64,000 bases of DNA from the NCBI RefSeq assembly GCF_009834535.1, contig NC_045701.1, positions 26,536,001 through 26,600,000 on the forward strand. Direction: 5' to 3'. Position numbers and translations under genes: made by a program. Under the pieces are notes generated by a model. That model did not search any database. It saw only the letters and a program-made list of their open reading frames with translations, and was not told where the DNA came from. Shown in pieces: positions 1-12,520 of the stretch. This DNA comes from Camelus ferus (Eukaryota). Numbering within the stretch: position 1 is the first letter of the stretch; each line of letters starts with the position of its first letter.

Positions 1-899
1 GACTATGATGTTTTATTCAATATTCATTTAGAAATATAAATTTGAGCATTTTTTATTTAAAAATGGTTCAGAGAATAAACTAGATAAACAGCAGCTTTTT
101 GGACTTCACCATAAGTCAGAAGTTTTTCATATAGAAATATTTTTAAAGTTAAGGCTTCTTTCAAATAGAAATATGGTTCTGCTTAGATAATCTGGCAGGA
201 CTTGCCTTTTCTTGGTGGAAGGGCTAAGTTTCTACATGTTTTAAGGAACCAGATGGCTATTGACAGTCATATCCACCCAAAAAGGAGCTGTCTTTGTGAT
301 CCTTTTATGGCTGGAAGATAGAATTCTAAGAAAAGGTAGGAAATAAAGATTATGGGGATCTTTCCCACTGGGAAACTCCTAAGAGCATTCAATTATGGGA
401 ATGATAACAACATGGAACTATAACAGAGAACACGAGCCCTTTCCCTCTGCTTCCAGTTGGATCTCCTAAAAAAGTAATACATATCAGTGCATCACAGTTC
501 ACTGATCCCAGCAGAACCTGCCTGATTTGCCAAGGACAGAGGCCCAGAAGTTCATGTAGAGTCGTATTCACCTTTCTGACTTGTTTACTGCTTTGCTTTC
601 CTCACTTCTATTATTCCTCACTCCCTAACACAGCACATAGCACATGAAGGCATTCATTTAATACTTGCTAAGAAGACGAAAGAAGGAATAGATGGTAAAC
701 TTTAGCAAATCGTCCACTTGTCCTCTCTCCACAGATGCAAGGGGAAAGGGAGTTGGATACGCCTTAGGATAGTAGACTCTCAAATGAAATATCCAGAATA
801 CATTGATATTCTGCCTATCTTTTCCACTCTCCAAACTATTTTTCAACCACTGAGATTCTGGGAGTTCACCTTTATTTGGACTTTGGCATAAAACTACCC

Positions 900-1390
900 A
901 TTTTCCTAGGGAAAATAATTTCTCTGCTCCATCCTCATCTTCTCAGCTCATGTTAAATGTATATATTCCATTCCCTTTACCAGCGGATGGTCTGGGGGTA
1001 GATATGCAACCAAGTTGTAGAGAAAATATATATTATGTGTGAAAGGAAATATTCTAGAGACACTCCTAGGAAAGATTTCTTTCTTTAACAAAAGTACACA
1101 AGATACAGGCAGTTGCATTTTCTCCCTCTGGTATTGGTGTATGGAGATGTGATGCCTGGAGTTAAGCAGCCGTCTTGAGACCAACAGGGATACCAGGTGG
1201 TATGTTGAGGATGACAGAGTGGGAGGAGGAATAGGATCTGGATCCTCAGTGATGCCATTAAGCTGCTGGATTACCCAATCCTGGGACACCATACCTTCAG
1301 ACTTATTAGGACATTTTTTTTCCCCCAAAATCCCATACTCTATGGGATATTTTGAGTTTTCTGATGAATTGCAACCTAAAACATCCTAAC
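900..1390 (+). mobile_element. MaLR LTR (MLT1J/K-like)
   Basis: MLT1-type motifs (gtgatgcctggag, gcagccgtcttg, gaggatgacagag) and typical 3' end ttttctgatgaattgcaacctaaaacatcctaac. Confidence 0.7.
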
Positions 1391-1714
1391 ATTCCTCAAA
1401 ATGAGTTTTAAAAAAAACACAAAACACTCCTTGCTCTGCACATCTGAACCTAGGAATCTAGTTTCATTTGCTACAGAGGCTGATCCTATGAGGCCCTTGA
1501 ACTTCCTAGGGCTGCTTGGAAAGAAGTTTAAGGAATCATCTGAAAATCTTTACCCTTGCTCTAACAGAGCTGGGATCTAGAAACATTAAGTCATGGAAAG
1601 AAATTCCTCTCCTCATTTTAGTTTTCTCTCTGCTTTTCATTTTGCTGCTTTAATTTCTTAAATCACTGAAATTATTTATTCTCTATAGCTATAAAAAGGC
1701 AAGATAGCAAAGTA

Positions 1715-1842
1715 GTTTGAAGCATAGGTTCTGCAGTCAAAGGTCCTTGCTCAAATCTCACGATCTTCTTTACCTTGAGCAAATTATACAGCACATGTAA
1801 CAATCAGGGCCTCTGTTTCCCATCTGTAAATGGATGCAATGG
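1715..1842 (+). mobile_element. MIR SINE fragment
   Basis: accttgagcaaatta...cctctgtttcccatctgtaaatgg MIR core. Confidence 0.65.
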
Positions 1843-2051
1843 AACCTGATGGCAGTAAACTTATTTTATACTCACTAAAACCTCTGTTAAATTTTCCTTG
1901 ACAGACAGACTGCCAACATACAGACTTTGGGATGTTCAGGACAATCCAGATAGAGGATTACAGGCTTAGGAAGAATAATTCTGCATGGAAACATACTGAC
2001 TTATTTGGGGCCTCATTAAGAATTCTGAGCAGAATCTTGCATCTTTTGAAG

Positions 2052-2143
2052 GAGACAGGAGAAATAAGCCCTCTCTCCAGCAGGAGTGCTGATGGAGAGC
2101 TTCTTCACCTTTGTACTGGGAAGGACACTACTGATGAGCCAAG
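2052..2143 (+). other. Candidate 92-nt internal exon (unverified)
   Basis: cttgcatcttttgaag| acceptor, AAG|GTGAGA donor; one open frame ETGEISPLSSRSADGELLHLCTGKDTTDEPR; no recognised homolog. Confidence 0.15.
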
Positions 2144-4079
2144 GTGAGACGAGAGGACCAAGTTGAATATCACCCAGAACCTCCCCTAAAGGGTGTGTGT
2201 TTCATGTGATGTCTGTGAAGAGGAATGGAAATAAGAACGTTTTGTATATACTTTAAGAAGCAGCGAGAAATATTGAAAGCTCTGCCTTTTCATTTATTTT
2301 CAGCTCACCTTTCACTTTTTTCTCAGGTCAAATAGTTGCAGCACTGAAGATCTGACCATAAAATACACAAAAGAATGGCAGAGGAGAAACTCTTCTCTCA
2401 ACATAAGCTTAAGCACCCAGGATAGTGTCAGAGCTTACAAAAAATTAAACAAAGGACGAACACTGCTGTACATTCAGTGCCTCATTCAAGTGCTGGAACA
2501 TTTGCAAGTGTTTATTTGAAAATATGTGTTCCTGGGCTTTCCCATCTCCAAATTCCAATTCTGCATCATTTAAATTCTAAACGTTATATAGATAATGCAA
2601 TGTTTACATGCAGACTCCAAAAATCCACCTTTATGGTGCTGACACTATTTAAAGAAGCATTTTCTGGTAATGTGAAAACCTTGAATTTTTAAATTGTTTC
2701 CTTTAAGAATAATTGCCAGGTTTACCACTGTAAACGTTTTGGCAGGGCAATAAAGCTTTGTGACTTTACAGCCTTGTGCTTAAACAGTTATGCCATGACA
2801 TTTGGTGACCATTAGGCACACTTAAACTGATAGATTCCCTGCATTTGGCCCACTCCCACCCCACACTCACCAAGAGTTTAAAAAAAACAACCCTCAGAAC
2901 CTTAGGACAATTTTTGAAGATTTCCATTGTTCCCTGAGTCCTCATCTCATTAAGTATTCAACTTCTTAGGTATTTACCTCTTCCATCCTTGGAAGAAGTA
3001 ATGGAAATAATCATATTGGGGGATTAATTCCAGGGGTATGAGACAGTCATAAGCGGATAAGAAGCCACAAAAAAACTGATAGCACCTTTCAAACTCTTAA
3101 GAGTAAACCCTTAAGATTTTTCACTGTACCAATTATTATTTGGCATATAAGAGCATCTGTACCTTTTACAATTAATTAAATTCCCCATTTCACTGGGGAA
3201 AAACAGTTACATGTTTTGATATCTGCCTGTACCTTAAAGTAGCCTTTGAGGAGTGCTGTGTTAAATAGAAGTACAAAACCAAGCCCATGTGTTTTCTGAC
3301 CTTACGGGAATTTGATATCTAACTAAGCATAGACATGCATTAAATCATATTCTTGTCCAAATCTCCAAATCTCTTGAATTAAGAAGCTGCTTCAGGAAGG
3401 TTTTTTTTCTTTTAACACTTTGTCTACACGGTAAACAAACCTCAGACAAAAGGATGGGGTCTTGCTCAGGGGAAAATTGTTAAAATATAGCTCAGCAGAA
3501 GCACTACAGAAACCCAGTATTTGCCTAACAGATTTTACACAAGCCTCCAATGCAAGGTCTACATTGTACCTCTCCACTTACCCTTCTATGTGATTTGATT
3601 TGGATGTATGTAGACTGTCTAAGATTTTTACGTGTCCCTTTATTTTTCTGATCATCTCTAAACTGTGCCCTTAAAAATAATAGCCTTTTAGAATCTCCAG
3701 AAGACTAAAATTTATCTTTCTCACCTTATGTTCATTTTCTTCCGAAACACACACTATCTTGTAGGTTTCTTTACATAAAAAAGTCACCAGCCACTTTTAA
3801 ATACAAAACAAACATAGTTTACCCTAATAGAGTTATTACAAAAAGCATATCCATACTATGTGGATAGCTAATAAAGGAATGTACCCACAAGATATTTTGC
3901 CTGCCCAAGAACGCCAAGACCTCCAATATTTTTTTTCTGAATTCTGTTAAACTAATTCTGTGTGATAGGAAAATATGTCCTCCACATGCTGGTGAATTAA
4001 AATTCAGCTTTCAGTGAATAAGATTAATTGCCTCTTCAGACAAAGCTGGATTTGCGCTCCTATTAGAAAAAGGGGAGTG

Positions 4080-4307
4080 NNNNNNNNNNNNNNNNNNNNN
4101 NNNNNNNNNNNNNNNNNNNNNNNNNNNNNNNNNNNNNNNNNNNNNNNNNNNNNNNNNNNNNNNNNNNNNNNNNNNNNNNNNNNNNNNNNNNNNNNNNNNN
4201 NNNNNNNNNNNNNNNNNNNNNNNNNNNNNNNNNNNNNNNNNNNNNNNNNNNNNNNNNNNNNNNNNNNNNNNNNNNNNNNNNNNNNNNNNNNNNNNNNNNN
4301 NNNNNNN
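4080..4307. other. Assembly gap (228 N)
   Basis: Run of N. Confidence 0.99.
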
Positions 4308-4370
4308 AGTATCCACTTCTTCCTAAAAAATGAACAAGTGGGTCAGGATGCCCAGTAGCAGCCAGGGTAC

Positions 4371-4446
4371 CTTGTGCTTCAGGAAAATCATAAATAACCG
4401 GTCCTTCCCACCTCCCTCTTTCTGTTTTGCACCAGACTTCACCCGG
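4371..4446 (-). other. Candidate 76-nt exon (unverified)
   Basis: tgctttcacctgcag| acceptor, AAG|GTACCC donor; two open frames (PGEVWCKTERGRWEGPVIYDFPEAQ or RVKSGAKQKEGGGKDRLFMIFLKHK). Confidence 0.2.
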
Positions 4447-5149
4447 CTGCAGGTGAAAGCACATGAATTTTGCATTACTTCTAGGCTCATTAAAGAGATC
4501 TGATTCTCTCCTAATAGTTCTCCCTGACTTAGGCGGCATCACACACACACACAAAGCATGATGGACCTTAACAGAAACAATGCACGGTACTTTTGCTTTC
4601 TCTCCCTCATCAGTCTTATAAAGAAAATCCACTGTTCTAGCAAATGCACAGCTTGGTGACAGAGTCAGCATGCAACTGCTAGGAAAATGAGATGGATAAC
4701 CAGCTGTCCCAGTTTCCTGGAGATGGGGCATGGGAAGAGAGAGGGTGTGGGGAAGGAGGGGGATGGGGAAATCCTTCATTGTAGCCCTCAAATTTCGCTT
4801 TCCACCTGTGTCACCACGGGTCAGGTAATCAATCTGACAATTAGCATTAAATGGCTCCCTCACTAAGTTATGAGCAGTGTATTACTCTTTTCTGTGCTTG
4901 CTAAAGGCCTCAAGAGCTACTAGGAAATTTTTTTTTTAAAAAACATCATTAATATTGTTTTCTAAAACTTGGAGAAATAATCTAACTTATGTGATGGGTA
5001 AAGCTATCTTTTACTGGAAAAACCCAATAGAATATTTTCACTCTCCACATAAAAAAATATCTGAACCAACGTTTACTTATTAAGGCAAAATCTCCATAAG
5101 TGTGTGCTTCAAAATAAGGCAACATAGGTAAAATAGAAAAGGTATAAAA

Positions 5150-5300
5150 GTACCTGAATTCAAACTCCAGATTTGTCTCTTACTAGGTTGGTGACTCTTG
5201 TAAGTCGCTTGATATCTCTGAACCCAGTCTTCTCATCTGTAAAAGGAGGATTACACATTTACAAGCCAATTGTGAAGAGTAATGCTTAGTTCAACATCTA
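5150..5300 (+). mobile_element. MIR SINE
   Basis: ctgaattcaaactcc...tctctgaacccagtcttctcatctgtaaaagg. Confidence 0.7.
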
Positions 5301-6051
5301 ACACATAAACATAATTACTCACATTCCTCCTTCGGATTATTCATGTTGCAGGGGGTGTGAAATAGTGATATAAACAGACCACAGAGAGATTTCAATTAAG
5401 TTACTCCTTCTAACATTTCTCTGATTAGGACTTTCTGTAGATGACCTAAATAGCTTTTTTGGATTCCATTTCCATTAGTGTGCTCATTGTTAGAGATACC
5501 AACAAACATGAAATTTCCCTCCAAAAAGTCTGTATGAATTGCCAGTCAGATAATCAGTCATGAATCCCAGAGAAGTTGCTAAAAGTTTCAAGTACCTATA
5601 TATTGAGCACATACGGAATTCAAATTCCGTTTTTCCAGGCTGTAACGGAGTGTTGCATGCAGGTGGAACTTGGAATGGTGTTTTTAAAAAATGATTTCCG
5701 GAAATACAGTTCCTTTAACTAAAGAGCTCACTCCGTCCTGGGAGAAAATTTCAGTCTAACGAGGACTCAATGTACATCACACACACACATTCACTTGAAC
5801 ACACACAAAGCAACTTGCCAGACATACAGGGAAAAGAGCCTTTAGGTAGAAGTAAAGCACATAGGAAGTCTCCAACACGTAAGAAAGTTTGGATTCAGTG
5901 GAGGGACTGCAAAAAGTTTGGCGTACCTGAAGGGCAGGGAGTAAGCCGAGCACAGAGTGAAGGCACAGACAGAACTGAGGGAAAGAAGGAGAAACGCCAG
6001 GGTCATGTGGTATTTATCAGCAATTCTGAAGTGTTTGCACCTGACATGGAG

Positions 6052-6240
6052 CCAGACACTCAAATTTTAGGGTGAAAAAGAATCACATGGGGAGCTTGTT
6101 AAACATACAGAGTCTAGGTCCTACTGCCATCAATGCTAATTAAGAAATCCTGGGGTGATTCCCGAGACTCTGCTGTCTAACAAGCTCTCCAGGTGATTCT
6201 GATGGAAGGTGATACACAAGACTCACTTTGAGAAACTGCT
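6052..6240. mobile_element. MER5A-like hAT-Charlie DNA transposon
   Basis: gaatcacatggggagcttgttaaacatacag...aacaagctctccaggtgattctgat...cactttgagaaactgct. Confidence 0.8.
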
Positions 6241-8560
6241 GCAGTGTTTGAGGAGTTGTTAGGAATTTAGCAGAGAAGCGATGTAATCAGATATAGGGCA
6301 TAAGAAGATAAATAGTTCCTGGAGGGAAATCGGGGGACACTACGACAAGGAAGATGTGCATAATCCAATCAGAAAACTTTTTCAATGAGGCATTAGGGCA
6401 ATAATGAGACCACTGAACTAAGTACCTTTAAATAAGAATATAGGGAAGAGATGCAAAACTTTAGCAGCTGATGGCTTACTGCTTGGAAAATCGAAGAATC
6501 TAGCACGACTTCATTTTCTGTTCTGCTGCAGATGATTATGTTTACTGAAACAGATTATTTAGGGATATGAGTAATTTAAGGGATATGCATTAAATTTTGG
6601 ATATATCAGGTTTAGTGAAGTGGTTAAAAGCATGGACTTTGGGGTCAGAGAAGGCAGGTTTGAAGCCTAATTTTGCCACTTAATTTCTACATGGCATGAA
6701 CTAGGTGTTTACCTCTCTGGTCTAAGAGTAGGGAAAAAAATTAGGAATTTTGTTGAGTAAATCAGTTAATGTAAGAAAAGACCTTAGCACAGTGCCTGGA
6801 AAACTGATTAATAAATGTTAATAATATTAATAATTATTAATTTTAATGTCATCATCATTAGCTAGCTGGAAATATTCCACAGACAGATGAAGGTATACGG
6901 ATGGTTGTTTAAACTATTACAGATAAGATCATCCAGAGAGAGAGAAACATGTGAAGAAAAAAGGACTAATAGAATCTAGCAGAATACAGATACTTTAGTT
7001 GATAGATGAACTTGATAAAGCTGAGGAATAGTCATACAGAAAGAAAGCAGAAGATATAGATCAAGGGTCTACAGCAGGTTAAGACAGAGGAAGTTGTCAA
7101 CAGTGTCACATGATTCAGAAAGGTTAGGTAAGATAAAAGTCAAAAAATGTCCATTGTATTTGACAAATGGGAAGATGATGGTGACCTTAACTAGAACGGT
7201 TTCAATGACTGGGTCAAAAGTCGCTTCTTAGGAAGAGGAAGAGTGAATGGGAGCTCAGGGAATAATTAAACTGATTGTGTAGAAGGGGAAACAATGTGGC
7301 AGCAAGGTGGAAAAGGTAGGGTTTTCTTTCTTATATGTGGAAGGGACATGAGCACATTTGAAGCTGAAATGACCCTGTGCAGAGGAAGAATCATTGATGG
7401 AGGAGAGTCTAAGAGGTGATGGAAAAGGATGAAATAGAAAAACAAACTCATGAGTAGGTCCTAGCCTTGGACAGTAAGGAGAAACATCTTTCCTTGGCTC
7501 TGAAAGGAAGGAGCTAAATAAATGATCAAAATTCTGGAAGCCTGATGGGGTAGTATATAAAGGTGAGTGTATTCCTGCCAGAGAATATCAAATTTCTCTC
7601 TCAAATTGGAGTAAAATCTCTGGTGAAAGTGAAGAGACTACACTGAGAGGCAGGTTGGGCACTAGAGGAGAGAGCTATGAATTCAAAATAAAAAACAAGG
7701 GGCAGGGAGTTCACCAAGGACCGTAGAAGCCACCAGGCAGCGCTGAGGCACATAATAAGTCTGTAAGCTTATTTGTTTTTCTCTAGGTCTCTTCAAAGCT
7801 TGAGTGGCTGTAAGATCAAAGAAGATGGATTGTGGGCTACATTTAATTTAAATTTTACAGAGCAGTTGTGGTAGAAGAACAAAACAGTAAAAAGATGGTG
7901 TTGGAGACAACAGAATTCAAGTAACAGACCAAATTTCAGTAGAGAAGAAAGTGAAGGCGGAGAGAAGCGGACAGCAGACTTAGTACTCAGAGCAGTTAGT
8001 GGCTCAGTGAGGTGGAGGAATAGGCAAAGAGAAATACAGAAATAAGGAAAATGGAAAGACAGAATTGAAGGATTAGAGTATAAATTAGGGGCAGATCATT
8101 TCCGAGGTGCAGTAGCCTCAGATGTAGATAAAAGCGTGTGTATGGTCATGGACAGGGCTGACTTTCAAACCATTTCCTGACCCGTCTAGATAGGTCAGGC
8201 TGCCCCTGAAGCTGGAGCAGTGTCTTGGTGTTCCTCAGAATCAGGAAATCTTCCCTTTAGTGGCTGGACTGTGGAGAATTCTGGAGAGGTCCCACACGAG
8301 TGGAGGTGCATGGCAGAGGGGGAGCGAGCGTCTGAGTGGAAAGCTTTTAGCATCCAGTACACACGTATTTAACTATTTAAACAGCCAGGGTGCACTGATT
8401 GAACACTGCTTCTAGCCATGAACTAAGTGACTGAAGAGGAGGGAAGATGAAGCCCATCAGAGTAGAAGAAGTTATGGAAAGATGCTGAATGTGTCATCCA
8501 CGTGAATGTGGACGTCTTCCTGGATGATGACTACAACTGATAGGTGGAAATATCTAGGGG
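6240..8560 (-). mobile_element. Long, patchy L2 LINE interrupted by a MIR
   Basis: gtcaacagtgtcacatgattcagaaaggttaggtaagataaaag, tgtccattgtatttgac, gtggacgtcttcctggatgatg are antisense L2 ORF2 motifs. Confidence 0.75.
6613..6830 (+). mobile_element. MIR inserted in L2
   Basis: agtggttaaaagcatggactttggggtcaga...cttagcacagtgcctgg...aataaatgtta. Confidence 0.8.
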
Positions 8561-10604
8561 AGTGCTTACTTTTTAATGAATGCAGGCCAGTGCCCTGGTG
8601 ATTGGTAGAAAATATCCCCAAGGAAAAGATGAAAACAGTATAATCTAATGCATAGTGATCCCCCAAAAGACAGCAATTTCCAAATAAATGAATGAAATCA
8701 ATGATCTGTAAGTGACAACTTGAAATTTAGGAGGTTGACTTCTATTCTGCTTAGGAATGGGAATTGGGAGGAACTATACATGGTGCTTGATTTTGTTTTT
8801 ACTTTTCCTTCTCCTCTAAATGCGTGGACCCAAATCTGAGGTTTACTTTCTGCCTCTTGGCCTGGAATATCTGGTTATTTTCCCTCTCAACTCCCAGATC
8901 ATGTAACTTTCAACTCCCGGCTTCTGTCTGTGTAGGTAGACATTGTCATTACTGTCATTATTCTTTGTCACTCCAGATAAAGCAAATGTGAACATGTTTA
9001 TCTGATTGTCATTAGGAGACTTTCTACTTGCCTTTTGTCTACCATGGGGCCATTTAAGCAGAGGCTGGGCTGGGGCTCGGGGGTGACCATCAGACCCCTA
9101 GAATCCCAGCCCCATGTGACTCTTTCCCTTGCAGTTTTCCTTCTTTCTTTTCTTCCTTCCTCTCATCCTAACTTCCTACTTCCTTTTGTCTCATTCTCTT
9201 ATTATTATTTCCTCCCTGCTTCTTGTTTAAATCTAAAGTTGTTCTCAGATATTGTGAAGCCACCCAGCTGGCCCCTCTCCCTCATCTCCAAACCTAGAAT
9301 CTCTTAAAGTAAATAAAAATCGATTTGTTTGGACATTGGGGTATCCAAATCTATTTGTATCATTAGTTTGCCTTTGTGTCTTATAAACCCAAACTAGTTA
9401 TTTACTTCCCAAGTTTGGGCAATGGTCTCTGATAAACTGTCTCCCTCAGTTTCCCCATGTGGAAAAAATACCCATCACAGGCCGCATCGTTCTTCTGAAA
9501 CTGATAACAGATTTAATAATTTAAGCTACTGTGTTAAAAAGGAACTATATTTTTAAAGTCAAAATAAAGCTGGTGTGACAGTAAAATTGGCATTATTAAA
9601 AAGATGTTATTCAAGTGTCTAAGATGTATGCTAATATAAGTGGTTAAAATAATTTAAAATGAGTTTTTATTGTAAATTAGAATATATAAACGTTCAAATC
9701 CTACCTCTGAGTGAAAATTGACCCATTTGAAGGATATCCTTGTTTAGCAAATATCTATTTTTCTGCAACTAAAGATAAAAGAAAGTATTTGTATTTGAGC
9801 TTGTGTATAGCTAAAAATATGTAAATTTGATACATAGAAATATAGTTAGTAAAAAGTGAGCCTTTTCTATAGTAAATTAAAAAATAATAACTTTTGATAT
9901 TCCATTTAAACATATGTTATTAGAAAAAGAGAATCTCAAAACCCTGGGTGCCTTTTTTTTTCCTTCTTCTTCATCTTTGAGTAAATCGGGCAGGAAACCT
10001 CAACATTTTATTTGACTATTTAAGAGTTCCCTTTGGAGTGGAAGTAGATACAGCTTGCTATCACTATGTATAAATAAATAATTTGAAGGTTTTCTGTGTC
10101 CAGATAAAATTCTAAAATCTGATAAGTGGGTTTCATTTTATCTCTTGTTATTTTAGTGGTGGGAAGCCTAGTTTTTTTTTCTTTCCCTCAATGGCCTGTA
10201 GTCCTCCCAAGATTGCTCCCCCCGGGCTCTCCTGTGGCTTGAAAGATGTATTTTGGATCTCATCAGCCCTTTTAATCTGACTGCCATTCTGCATTTTGAG
10301 CTCTGCTCCTCAGTCCTCTCATAAATCGGGCAGTGTGGCATCACCTCCCTTTTCCCTCCACCTCCTAAAACCACACTCAGTCCACAATAGGACAAGAATT
10401 ATAAAATGCCAGATTATAGATCTGCTTCATTATGAAAATGTGTTTGGTGACACTTTTCTTCTGACAGTCAACAACGTAAGATTCCGTAAATAAGCTTATA
10501 ATTGTGTATGCCATTTAATGCTGCGAGGGTTGCTGGTGATGTGGCTGCATGCTTTATTAAAAGGTAAATGGAACTCATCAGTTCATTTCTTAATTTTTTT
10601 AAAA

Positions 10605-11010
10605 ACAAATATTTTCTTAACACCTAAAATATGCCAGGAATTGAGCTAGGCATTAAGAATACAAAGATGAATAAACATGTTCCCTGCCTTCAAAAACTCA
10701 CAGTCAAGTAAGGAGACAGTCATGTAAATAAATTATTACAACAGAGCATGACAAAAAGTAATTAAAGTATAAAATTCCATTCGGGCACAGAGGACGGATG
10801 AACTAACAGACAAAGAGAAAGGTCAGGAATGGTCGAGTTGGATATCACACAGAAGATAATGTTTGATTATTTTTTGAAGGAAGAATTTGAGACAATAGCA
10901 GGAAACCATTTCAGGCAAAGGCATATACAAAGGCCCAGAATAAAAAAAAAAAAATCAACATGACGTTGTTACATAGCTGCCAGTAGTTTGGCATATAGGA
11001 ACATAAGGTG
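10605..11010 (-). mobile_element. L2 3' end
   Basis: tatgccaggaattgagctaggc...aaagatgaataaacatgttccctgccttcaaaaactcacagtc. Confidence 0.8.
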
Positions 11011-11339
11011 ACAGTTGGCATACTGCTGAATTTGGACATTATAAATTCCTGGGAGAAAAGTAATGACATTTGTTTTCAGTATCAGAATCTCCTCAACTTA
11101 ATTTGTCTGTGAAGTCCCAGGGTAATGCAGAAGGAGACAGGTATGGCTCCTAGTATCTCAGAAAAACACATCAGATTCATGACACCTTCCAAAAACAGGT
11201 CATGTGATCATTCAAGCCCAAGTTCAAGCCTTGGAAAAATAAGGAAAACGTAAAAGCAATTTTTTTCCTAAGACAAAATAAAATGTGTATTATTCCTGAG
11301 TAGCCCTGACTCTGATCCTTTATCCTTATTGTTTCATTT

Positions 11340-12520
11340 CTATCTACCAACCCGTCAGAGATTCACTTCCCTCCATCAGGAGCTCTTGTTCCAGAGTCCT
11401 TCTTTATGATGACTCTTTGCAAGTGTCCCCTATTCCCTGAGCTCTGCCTCCTTCCACCACAGCCACTACGCAAACCCCAGTGATGACTCCAACAATGCAT
11501 TTTCTCTGAGCAGCGTCCACAGACCTAGGCACTGCTCAACAAAAATCTTACGATAGAGAAGATTGGGATCATGGTTCATTCATGGTCACTAGCCTCAAAT
11601 GGTCATACAACACCGTGAGACTAACGTGATCGCTCACTCATCACTACGGTGACTATTCAACACCTTCTCCACAGCCCTCCAATTGTCCCATTCCCTTTTG
11701 TTCTCAGCAGATAACCAAGTAGATAGCAACATAATGAATACTGCATTACCTTCTCATGACTAAATCTGCATCTGCAATCATCTGTCATCTTCTTCCCTCT
11801 TATTGTAACAGAAAATAACCCTTCCTTCAAAACTCTACCATTTTTCAGTGTTTCCAGTAATGTTTTTAAAAATTAAATCCAAGCTCAACATTATTACTTC
11901 CTGAATCAGTCTTGCTTATACTCCCACCATTCCTGCTTTTTCTTGGGTCACCAATGATTTATATCACCAAACCAGTTCTTGTATAACTCAGCCTCTCAGT
12001 AGCACTCAAAATCCTTCCCCACTAGTTCTTTCCTGACACAGCCTCTTTGCTTCTGCAATAATGCACTCTCCTGGTCACGTTTCTATTCCTCTGGTTCTTC
12101 CTTCTCAGATCCAAAGCAGAGCCTGAGTTGAGAATTTGCGTGCAAGCAGTTGATTTACCAGGTGATCCAAGGGCACACGTGTTAGGGACTTTGGAGAGTC
12201 AGACAGGCTGGAGAGGCTAAAGTAGTAGAAGTTTGTTATCAAGGTCAACCTGGTAGGCAGGAGGGGCAAGGAGATTCATTCCTCTCAGGCCTCCTGAGAA
12301 GGGTATAGAACACCTCCCTTTAATTGTCTTAAAGATTTTGCTGTTTCTTCCTTCTTTATCTATCATTTAATTTTGATGTTCCTCAGAACTCAGTCCTGGG
12401 CCATCTTCTCTGATCACTTTAATATTCCTTCTCAGTAATCTGAGACATTTTTATGCTATAAAAAGCATCTAAATGTTTATAATTCCTAGATTTTTATCCA
12501 CAACATAGATTGCTATCCAA
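11340..12520 (+). mobile_element. L2 ORF2 remnant interrupted by an LTR
   Basis: gactattcaacaccttctcc, ctcagcagataacc, gggtcaccaatga, gttcctcagaactcagtcctgggcc. Confidence 0.75.
12108..12320 (-). mobile_element. ERVL LTR fragment (LTR16-like)
   Basis: aagcagagcctgagttgagaatttgcgtgcaagcagttgattta resembles the reverse complement of an LTR16-type 3' end. Confidence 0.6.

Noticed and set aside
948-1328. 126-aa ORF
   Set aside because: Lies within an MLT1 LTR; no coding signature
4011-4863. Long ORFs (101, 114, 266 aa) around the first gap
   Set aside because: Their length is inflated by translated N runs; no recognisable protein
11549-11575. U6 snRNA-like string (acgatagagaagatt...catgg)
   Set aside because: Short, and collinear with the surrounding L2 ORF2 remnant
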